From a virus (Duplodnaviria > Caudoviricetes), in IMG/VR virus record IMGVR_UViG_3300010167_000013: a DNA stretch of 64,000 nucleotides. The stretch is one strand, 5' to 3'. Below are positions 56,770 through 64,000 of the stretch, one piece after another. How positions within the stretch are numbered: the first letter of the stretch is position 1; each line of letters begins with the position of its first letter. The notes under the pieces were generated by a model. The model had not been told where the DNA came from. It saw only the letters and a program-made list of their open reading frames with translations, and ran no database searches. The translations under genes and the position numbers were made by a program.

Positions 56770-57438
56770 ATGCGAATAACTATTGGGGAACTTACGAATG
56801 AATTACTACCATATTCAAAAATAATTGACACAAGGTTGGTGGGGACAATTCCATTTACCAAAGCGATATTAGGAGATATGAGTGGAATCACCATGGGATA
56901 CATCTACATAGCACAGGTTGGAGAACACAAGTATTCTGTTGCAGATGCTGACAACGAAATGGAAGGAAGATTGTACATACCAACCCAGAGTAAGATAAAC
57001 CCTCTGATATCAGAGGAAGAATTTGCCAGAAAGTGGATTGGTAATAACGATGCTGAAGAGAAAGATGATATGGTGACTAAGAATCTAGATTACGTTGAAT
57101 TCGTCAAGCACTTTCATCAGATTCTTCTGGATCATCAGATGATAAAATTAACCCAGAAAACACTGGATACCCCGGTTACCAGCATCGGACTTTCCACATT
57201 GAAGCTAAGTAAGAGTCTATCATGTAAGAGCAAAGAGGCATTGGTAAAAGATGTTTTGTACTCCATCAAGAAATCACCAATGAAACTTGAAGGTGTGAAG
57301 GAAAAGGATGTACTTGAGATAGTTGAGAAGTTCAAGCATCTTGGAGTATTTCTGAACACCATGGAAAAAACTCTGCTAGACTTTCAACTAGAAAAGAAGA
57401 ACAGATGGAGAGGGTATACTAGCGGTTCCATTACATAA
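56770..57438 (+). CDS. Hypothetical protein
   Basis: First gene after the early motif; C-terminus weakly resembles an RNAP alpha-CTD. Confidence 0.6.
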   Translation: MRITIGELTNELLPYSKIIDTRLVGTIPFTKAILGDMSGITMGYIYIAQVGEHKYSVADADNEMEGRLYIPTQSKINPLISEEEFARKWIGNNDAEEKDDMVTKNLDYVEFVKHFHQILLDHQMIKLTQKTLDTPVTSIGLSTLKLSKSLSCKSKEALVKDVLYSIKKSPMKLEGVKEKDVLEIVEKFKHLGVFLNTMEKTLLDFQLEKKNRWRGYTSGSIT

Positions 57439-57446
57439 AAGGAGAT

Positions 57447-58301
57447 GTGGTAAAAATGTATGAGACACTAATAAAAGGAAGAACTCTTCCAGAAGTATAC
57501 AACAAGGCACTTGTGGAGTTATACACCAATGGAACTAGCTCAGGAACCGATTACAATCAAGATCAGCTAGAGATATCCGTGACCATGGTAATTGAAGAAC
57601 CGATCTCAGAACCAATGATCAGCAGGTTATTCATTGGGGGACCTCATGAGCTTCAACAGTATATCATGGAAATATGCGATGGTATTCTTGATTTCATGAT
57701 AGGAGTCGATGAGAATACTTGGGAGTATACTTATCACAACAGGATGAGGAAATTCCCATTACATCCTGACGCAATACCCCTTAAGAACTTAGGATTTGTC
57801 GGCGCTGAGAAGACAGACATCATGTGGCTTAATCAGATCGACTGGGTTGTCCAAGACCTTAAGCGTAATCCTGATAGCCGCAGAGCTATTATCAATATCA
57901 GAGATAACTCTATCGACCCGTTCATTGCTAATCCGGCTTGTCTTCAAAATATTCAGTTTCTGATTCGTGAGGGGAAACTCCACATGAAAGTTTTGATGAG
58001 ATCTAATGATGCTCCAGAAGCCACTTTCATGAATGCATTTGCATTCATCATGTTTCAGAAAAAGATAGCTGATGAGTTGGGTGTTCCTGTAGGATCTTAC
58101 ACCCATAGGGCTAATTCATTTCATGTGTACGAAAAAGATTATGCTCTACTGAATTCATATATCGAGGGAATAACCAATAGAGACCTTGATGATCTGACAT
58201 ATTCCTACATAGATGGATGGATGGAAGAGATGGAGGAATGTATTCCGGAAATAAATAAGATGGTGGAAGTTCAGAAGAATAAATACGCCATAGGGGAATG
58301 A
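57447..58301 (+). CDS. thyA: Thymidylate synthase superfamily protein (archaeal-type ThyA / dUMP hydroxymethylase-like)
   Basis: YTYH.R, NQI, SRRA, PAC (catalytic Cys), RSND, N at the dUMP-specificity position, H.Y. Confidence 0.8.
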   Translation: MVKMYETLIKGRTLPEVYNKALVELYTNGTSSGTDYNQDQLEISVTMVIEEPISEPMISRLFIGGPHELQQYIMEICDGILDFMIGVDENTWEYTYHNRMRKFPLHPDAIPLKNLGFVGAEKTDIMWLNQIDWVVQDLKRNPDSRRAIINIRDNSIDPFIANPACLQNIQFLIREGKLHMKVLMRSNDAPEATFMNAFAFIMFQKKIADELGVPVGSYTHRANSFHVYEKDYALLNSYIEGITNRDLDDLTYSYIDGWMEEMEECIPEINKMVEVQKNKYAIGE

Positions 58302-58648
58302 GTAGTATGAAACTAAAACAGAATGAAGAAGCATTTGCTTTAACTCCAGTTGGAGTGAAATACACATGTGAACATTGCCATGAGGGAGAAATGAAAGTCG
58401 TTGTAAACAGTCCAGATGAACCGAATCCAGTTCCACTTGGACTTGGTGGTAACATGAGACGACACCGTTGTGATAAGTGCAATGGAGAACTATTTCTCTC
58501 AAAGGTATATCCATACATCGAATGGTTACCAGAGAATGAAATAATTAGAAAGGTATTCAAGAATGATGGATCGTATCTAACTAAGGAAGGATTAATATTC
58601 CTGATAGAGTGCTTGGATAAGCGTTATAAACTCAAAGAGGAGGATTAG
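58298..58648 (+). CDS. Zinc-ribbon protein
   Basis: CEHC...CDKC and YP.I; overlapping start/stop. Confidence 0.65.
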   Translation: MSSMKLKQNEEAFALTPVGVKYTCEHCHEGEMKVVVNSPDEPNPVPLGLGGNMRRHRCDKCNGELFLSKVYPYIEWLPENEIIRKVFKNDGSYLTKEGLIFLIECLDKRYKLKEED

Positions 58649-58653
58649 AAAAG

Positions 58654-58779
58654 ATGAACGTGGATTCTATATGTATATTTCTAACCATAGCTATTGCCCT
58701 TGCGGTAATATTTGGATTGGATAAAGTTGATGTAAAGTACATCAACAACGAAGATCAATATGACGATGACTGGTGGTAG
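58654..58779 (+). CDS. 41-aa membrane peptide
   Basis: GAGGAGG SD; MNVDSICIFLTIAIALAVIFGLDKV... Confidence 0.45.
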   Translation: MNVDSICIFLTIAIALAVIFGLDKVDVKYINNEDQYDDDWW

Positions 58780-58790
58780 GAGGGAACCGT

Positions 58791-59009
58791 ATGGTGCAAG
58801 CTATATACCCAAGTGAGAAATGTACATGTGGTAGGGATCTACTATGGGTACCTTCAAACAGGAGTACATCAGAACATGCTGGACGTCTATACTGTCCATG
58901 GTGCCATTCTTCTACCGAGGAGTGTTACGATCTTCAAGTTGCAATAATAACATTCAGGAAAAGAGTTGCAAGAACAATAACAGATAGTACTACGCAATCA
59001 AGGTGGTGA
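58791..59009 (+). CDS. Small zinc-finger protein (Lar-like)
   Basis: CTCG...CPWC...AIITFRKR, similar in pattern to Lar restriction-alleviation proteins; GGAGG SD. Confidence 0.5.
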   Translation: MVQAIYPSEKCTCGRDLLWVPSNRSTSEHAGRLYCPWCHSSTEECYDLQVAIITFRKRVARTITDSTTQSRW

Positions 59010-59215
59010 ATGATTTGAAGGGTAAGTATACTGGTAAAGACGGTGCCATGGGGTTGAAGGTAGGTCAATACTACGAGGTGACAGCTGTCTATCGAGTATC
59101 GAATGAAGGTTACCCGCTAACTATCACCATCGAATCTCCGTACATGAAAACGGTAGAATGCCCATACTCGTCAATCGAGTCTTTGCTTCGCAATTGGAAG
59201 TTCAAAACACCATAA
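59003..59215 (+). CDS. Small hypothetical protein
   Basis: Coupled ORF; KYTG...GLKVGQYYEV SH3-like pattern. Confidence 0.55.
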   Translation: MVNDLKGKYTGKDGAMGLKVGQYYEVTAVYRVSNEGYPLTITIESPYMKTVECPYSSIESLLRNWKFKTP

Positions 59216-59248
59216 CTGGGTTTTAATTCAAAGATAAGGGGTGGTGGC

Positions 59249-59530
59249 ATGCAGCAACAGGAGTTCATATGGATGGCCAACAATATTCCTCACGATGGAA
59301 TAATCCAGGATGAGATTGGCAATACCATAATTCAACTTCGTTCTCAAATACAATTGACCCACAATTACAAGAAGAAAAATCAGATGATGATCATATTCCA
59401 AGAAGATCAGTCTAGGTTCTTGATCCCTAGTAAGAAAAGACTGGAAGATATATACAGACTTCATTTGGAGAATACTCAACTTACTGACATCCTTCGTAAT
59501 TACTGTGAGGGTACTCTGGAGAGGAAATAG
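59249..59530 (+). CDS. Hypothetical protein
   Basis: In operon, SD-like GGGGTGG. Confidence 0.5.
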   Translation: MQQQEFIWMANNIPHDGIIQDEIGNTIIQLRSQIQLTHNYKKKNQMMIIFQEDQSRFLIPSKKRLEDIYRLHLENTQLTDILRNYCEGTLERK

Positions 59531-59531
59531 G

Positions 59532-59996
59532 ATGGATAATAACTCATTTCTTATCATTAGAACAGATGATGCACAAGACCTACCATTACCATCTAGAAAA
59601 AGTGAAGGAGCTTCTGGTTTGGACCTGTATGCTAACGTAACACGACCAATTACATTATTCACTGGGGGATACAGCCCAATACCAACCGGAATCAAATTAG
59701 TTATTCCTAAAAATCACGAAGTCCAGATTAGGGGTAGAAGTGGACTGGCAGCTAAACATGGAGTTGGAATTGTCAATGGTCCTGGCACAATAGATGAAGA
59801 TTTCCGTGGAGAGCTAAAAGCTATTGTAATAAATCACGGTAGGGATCCATTCGTAATAAACAGAGGGGACAGAATAGCTCAGATAGTATTATGTCCTGTC
59901 TCCTCAATGAATCCTGTGGAAGTTACACAGGAAACATTTGATATGTACTCAACCGAACGTGGAGAAGGAGAGCTTGGTAGTACCGGAGTAAAATAG
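59532..59996 (+). CDS. dut: Trimeric dUTPase
   Basis: All five motifs: SGLDL, RSGLA, GTIDEDFRGE, RIAQ, RGEGELGSTG. Confidence 0.93.
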   Translation: MDNNSFLIIRTDDAQDLPLPSRKSEGASGLDLYANVTRPITLFTGGYSPIPTGIKLVIPKNHEVQIRGRSGLAAKHGVGIVNGPGTIDEDFRGELKAIVINHGRDPFVINRGDRIAQIVLCPVSSMNPVEVTQETFDMYSTERGEGELGSTGVK

Positions 59997-60016
59997 TTCG
60001 ATAGGAGGAAGCAGTA

Positions 60017-61300
60017 GTGAAAGAGAAACTGAAGCAGATATTCATAGGAGATAAGACTGGATTAGGACCACATAAATTGATCCTACTAGGCCTCCAACAT
60101 ACGTTCACGATGTTTGGGGCAACAGTACTGGTTCCAATCCTAACTGGATTAGATGTATCAGTGGCTCTATTTATGGCTGGATTGTCAACACTAATCTTCC
60201 ATTCAATCACAAAAGGTAAGGTTCCAGTATTCCTAGGATCATCGTTTGCTTTCATTGCTCCAATCATATTAGTGAGTAATAAATTTGGAATGGAATACGC
60301 CCTAGGTGGAATTGTAGTAGCTGGTGTAATATACATAATATTCTCAACGATAATGAAGTTTATTGGACCGGAGAGATTACTAAAACTATTTCCCCCGATT
60401 GTAACAGGACCTATCATTGCAATAATAGGACTAATGCTTGCAAACATTGCGATCACACAAGCAACCGATAATTGGTGGCTTGCCTTCATTAGCTTTGCAG
60501 CAATTGCTACTATTAGCATATTTGCTCAGGGATTCTTGAAGTTGATACCAATTATGTGCGGAATAGTAATTGGATATGTAGTTGGTGCAATCAGTGGAAA
60601 CGTTGACTTTGTTCCGATATCATCTTCTCAACTGATAGGTATTCCTAACTTCACATTGGCAAAATTTAATCTAGAGGCTATACTAATAGTAGCTCCTGTT
60701 ACCATCGCCACAATGGCTGAGCACATCGGTGATATGGTTGCCATAAAAGAAATAACGGGGAAGGACATCTTCAGGGACCCTGGGTTAAATCGTACACTAA
60801 TGGGTGATGGAGTTGGCGAAGTGATATCAGGAATGTTTGGTGGACCAGCCATTACTACATATTCAGAGAATGTTGGTGTCATTACTCTCACCAAAGTATA
60901 TCATCCAATAGTAATGCGTATTGCAGCTTTATTTGCAATACTACTCAGTTTCTTCCCAATGGTAGCAGCCATAATAGGATCTATACCACTAGGTGTAATC
61001 GGTGGAGCATCCATTATCCTATTTGGTATGATAACAGCAATTGGGTTCCGAATAATGATTGAGAATAAAATTGATCTCAAGGATTCAAGGAACTTGATAG
61101 TTATTGCAACCATCATGATATTTGGTCTTGGTGGTAGCATGATATCATTTGGGAACATAGAACTAGGCGGAGTTGGACTGGCAGCAATCATAGGAGTGTT
61201 TCTCAACAGGATTCTACCAGAGAAGGAAGAAGAATTCACCGGAGTAATAGAACACGCAGACCCCAATGTCAGAATCGATTATGATGAAGAAGGGATGTAA
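60017..61300 (+). CDS. uraA: NCS2-family uracil/xanthine permease (UraA/PyrP type)
   Basis: GLQH..MFGATVLVP, FLGSSFAF, EHIGD, TTYSENVGV NCS2 signature, LFGMI, SRNL; many TM helices; GGAGG SD. Confidence 0.92.
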   Translation: MKEKLKQIFIGDKTGLGPHKLILLGLQHTFTMFGATVLVPILTGLDVSVALFMAGLSTLIFHSITKGKVPVFLGSSFAFIAPIILVSNKFGMEYALGGIVVAGVIYIIFSTIMKFIGPERLLKLFPPIVTGPIIAIIGLMLANIAITQATDNWWLAFISFAAIATISIFAQGFLKLIPIMCGIVIGYVVGAISGNVDFVPISSSQLIGIPNFTLAKFNLEAILIVAPVTIATMAEHIGDMVAIKEITGKDIFRDPGLNRTLMGDGVGEVISGMFGGPAITTYSENVGVITLTKVYHPIVMRIAALFAILLSFFPMVAAIIGSIPLGVIGGASIILFGMITAIGFRIMIENKIDLKDSRNLIVIATIMIFGLGGSMISFGNIELGGVGLAAIIGVFLNRILPEKEEEFTGVIEHADPNVRIDYDEEGM

Positions 61301-61313
61301 TTCCCTTCTTCAT
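61284..61313 (+). terminator. Rho-independent terminator
   Basis: ATGAAGAAGGGA-TGTAAT-TCCCTTCTTCAT followed by a T run. Confidence 0.72.
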
Positions 61314-61365
61314 TTTTGTAATCCACAAGTCACACAAGTATAATGATAAATGTAAGAAGGAGGGT

Positions 61366-61899
61366 ATGGAGATGGATGCTAGAGAAGAGAAACTTCAGCA
61401 ATCCTTGGATGGATTTCACGAGCTATTGGTCTATCTTGGGAGATTCAACAAGATTCTGGTGGAAATTAAAAACGGGAAGAATGTTGACGACATAGACTTC
61501 AACCGCATTTATGACAAGCCCAAATTAGAAGAAATAAATGAAGTAAACAATATACTCACAATCGTATCCAAGGCTATTGAGACTATTTTGAAAATTATTT
61601 ATGCCCCATCTACAGTACTAGAGAAAAGATGGACAAACGATCTGAACAAGTACAGAGGTAGGGCATTGACCCAGCTGAAGAAAGATGAAGGTGGAGAACA
61701 AGAAATAGGATACCATGCAAAAGAAGATCTTCAGCTTCCATATATGAATGCAATTTCTCTGTACAAGGAAGAAATTGTCAACCATCCGGGACTGTACAAA
61801 GGACTGAAGGAAGTTCCTGGCAAGTGCCCCTGGGACTTAGATGAAATATTATCAACCGACATCGACAGCCTAAAAGACATATTAAGAGAGTGCTCGTAG
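61366..61899 (+). CDS. DUF29-like protein (third, divergent paralog)
   Basis: ILKIIY...W...R...Y..A...PGKCPWDLDEILS; GGAGG SD. Confidence 0.6.
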   Translation: MEMDAREEKLQQSLDGFHELLVYLGRFNKILVEIKNGKNVDDIDFNRIYDKPKLEEINEVNNILTIVSKAIETILKIIYAPSTVLEKRWTNDLNKYRGRALTQLKKDEGGEQEIGYHAKEDLQLPYMNAISLYKEEIVNHPGLYKGLKEVPGKCPWDLDEILSTDIDSLKDILRECS

Positions 61900-61935
61900 C
61901 ACTCTCTTGATAAATTATCACAGGAGGGATTCTAC

Positions 61936-62547
61936 TTGCATAAAATAAAGATAGACATGACACAGAAAAATTACATCAACATCTTCCACACACATATCTT
62001 CATAAATTTCACAAGTCATAATTTAGACTTTCTGAATGAGATGCACCCTGGTAGTATTCGGAAGATCCATGTATTCATCACCAATCATGCTTCTATCAAT
62101 GAGAGTTTAAAATTTCTTGCGGATAGATATGCAATGGTAATAATACATACACCCCGCCATCTTCCAGTACTAGAGACCTTGGCCTACAAATTTATCACCA
62201 GCTGCAATCGCGTGATATATACCAATAGAGAGGTATTGTTTGGTAGCTATGGCATGCTTCGTATCATATATAAAAAGGATTATCTAGAGATAGTAACACC
62301 AAAGAGTACAGCCATGGTGATTAAATTTCCAAAGTACCCGTACAACTTAGTAGACGAAGATACCGACAAAGGAGTATTTGAGAGTGCTGAAATGAGACTG
62401 AACCCAGAGATGTTCAAGGATAAATTAATTTCTGAATTCAAGAGGCAAGTTCCTTCGGGAATACTCAAGGCATTCAAAACAGATGACGATATATTTGAGT
62501 ACATCATGCAACAAGGTGAATGGAATGTGAAGGAGAGAGACTCGTGA
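61936..62547 (+). CDS. Hypothetical protein
   Basis: GGAGG SD with TTG start; 203 aa. Confidence 0.6.
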   Translation: MHKIKIDMTQKNYINIFHTHIFINFTSHNLDFLNEMHPGSIRKIHVFITNHASINESLKFLADRYAMVIIHTPRHLPVLETLAYKFITSCNRVIYTNREVLFGSYGMLRIIYKKDYLEIVTPKSTAMVIKFPKYPYNLVDEDTDKGVFESAEMRLNPEMFKDKLISEFKRQVPSGILKAFKTDDDIFEYIMQQGEWNVKERDS

Positions 62548-62595
62548 GAGTCTCTCTTTTAATTCATTTGTGTTCAAAAACATTTTTTTATAATC

Positions 62596-62610
62596 GATTA
62601 TATATTTTCA
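62596..62610 (+). promoter_or_regulatory. Putative early phage promoter GATTATATATTTTCA
   Basis: Variant of the recurring motif upstream of the RNAP subunit gene. Confidence 0.5.
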
Positions 62611-62691
62611 CATTTGGAGGAATAATAAATTATCAAACTGAGAGGAGAGTAAGAAAGTCCAGATGTGAGAAATATGACAAGGAGGTCATAA

Positions 62692-63863
62692 ATGTTAAAA
62701 TATTTGAACTCATTGCCAAATGACTTCAAAGATCAACTTAATGTGGGTCTCATGAACAAGGAGTACGATACTTCGATAGTAGAGTATATCTACAAATCAT
62801 TCTTGGGATTAGAGATCTTACCAAACATCAAGATACTAGGGTATGAATGGGTTCCAGATGAAGACAAGTATGATGTGAATGACCATGTAATTCGTCGTAA
62901 CTCAAACAAGAATAAAGTAATCAAGCATGTTACAGAAACAAGATGTGGTGTGATGTACATCGACATCGAGGTATCAGGGTTAGATAAGAATGGGGTAACA
63001 CAGGTCAGGTATATCAAGAAACCAATAATAGTCCCAATCCAAGATGAAGATGGATATTATTTAATCAAAGGGAAGAAATGCTATCTGATATATCAGATGG
63101 TAGATAAAATGCTGTATCCTTCATTTGGTGCAGTAACTATCAAATCATTGATGCCAATCTGTGTAAAAACAACCAAAGAAGAATTCACGGAAAAAATCAA
63201 CGAATTAGATCCCAACAATAATGTTGTCAAAGTTCATACCATTCCAATTTACCATATCCAAATATTCAAATCTGCTATCAATATACTACTGATCTATTCC
63301 AATCTTGGTATCACCAAAACCCTAAACTTCATGGAGGTAGATAGATTCATCAAGGTGCTGGATAAAAATTCAGACTATCCCAAAAAGAATAATATCATGT
63401 ACTTTGATTGTGGAAAGAAATCAGACATAGTAGTAGCAGCCAAAAGGGATATATTTGAAAAAGAAATATATGTCAAATCGATAGTAGGCTGCTTGATCAA
63501 ACTATTTGAAGAAACCAAAATCAAATTTGAAGACATTGACAACTGGGAAGAATGGATGATAATAGTTGGAGGGAAGAATACAATCCGCAGGGGTCAGTAT
63601 CAACATATATTCTTCAATAGGCTACTAGATGATGTTACAAGAGATGAGTTGAAAATAAATGATTATGACAAGCAGAATATCTATTACCTACTGAGATGGA
63701 TAATCCAGAACTACCATGTTCTCTGGGCTAAAGACAATTTATCTATGGTAAACAAACGCTTGCGATGTAATGAGTATGTTGGAAGTTTAATCACAGCTGA
63801 GATATCAAAAAGAATTAATCGACTAGTAAGTTTGGGTGACAAGGCAACAATCAAGGAATTCCT
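62692..63863 (+). CDS. rpoB: Phage RNA polymerase beta subunit (N-terminal half), exon 1; continues beyond an intron outside the window
   Basis: PIQDEDGYYLIKGKKCYLIYQM and DNLSMVNKRLR align with beta N-terminal motifs (P.MT..GTFIING...SQ; DHLGNRR.R). Confidence 0.75.
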
Positions 63864-64000
63864 CAGTTGGGGAAACGTCTCATAATTGCCGGGAGTTCCT
63901 GTTAGGCAACTACTACAGCAGCCACTAGTGATAGATGGTGTAGCACTGGATATAACGGTCCAGGGATTGTAAAAACGTAGTTGGTAGGGATAATCATAGG
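63864..64000 (+). ncRNA. Group I intron, 5' part (truncated by the window end)
   Basis: Probable P1 UUCCU/GGGAA with U.G; 46-nt identity and compensatory changes relative to the intron at 12356-12764. Confidence 0.82.

Noticed and set aside
57447-61300. Host chromosomal contamination or a prophage boundary at the nucleotide genes
   Set aside because: Interspersed with small phage-type ORFs, headed by the phage promoter motif and followed by a phage RNAP gene; composition looks continuous.
1-64000. CRISPR array, tRNA or rRNA genes
   Set aside because: No regularly spaced repeat-spacer pattern or cloverleaf seen by eye; intergenic spaces are short and explained by promoters, hairpins and introns. 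A tRNA scan was not run.
1-64000. Stop-codon reassignment as the cause of fragmented genes
   Set aside because: Standard-code ORFs are long and dense, and TAA, TAG and TGA all end genes. The breaks are explained by introns or homopolymer frameshifts.

Overview
A 64-kb segment of an AT-rich jumbo myophage genome of the phiKZ/AR9(PBS1)-related type. The host is probably Bacillota, inferred from the strong GGAGG Shine-Dalgarno sites. The window carries core genes: SbcD nuclease, RusA-like resolvase, GroEL-like chaperonin, three pieces of multisubunit phage RNA polymerases, tail sheath and tube, large terminase, major capsid protein, a DnaB-like helicase with an Ala-start class-3 LAGLIDADG intein, and an SF2 helicase. 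Four related group I introns are present. Three have both splice junctions reconstructable by eye, and only one of those three carries a (frameshifted) HNH endonuclease; the fourth is cut off by the window end. Two recurring phage-type promoter motifs ((A/G)ATTATATATT(A/C)TAA before small and early genes; nACA-N6-TA mostly before structural genes) and many near-perfect palindromic terminators are visible. The most unusual content is: (i) large putative head proteins built from shuffled modules (two unnamed domains repeated across different genes, plus ParB-like, permuted NlpC/P60 and zinc-finger modules) joined by acidic Glu-rich linkers that resemble prohead-protease sites, suggesting a modular packaged-and-processed cargo system; (ii) a Zn-finger/endonuclease/DNA-methyltransferase fusion followed by an XRE regulator; (iii) a pyrimidine module with an atypical thymidylate synthase, a dUTPase and a complete UraA-type permease; (iv) collar-plus-discoidin fibre cassettes and a dispersed family of fibre-like proteins sharing short terminal motifs. 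All family assignments were made by motif recognition, without database searches.
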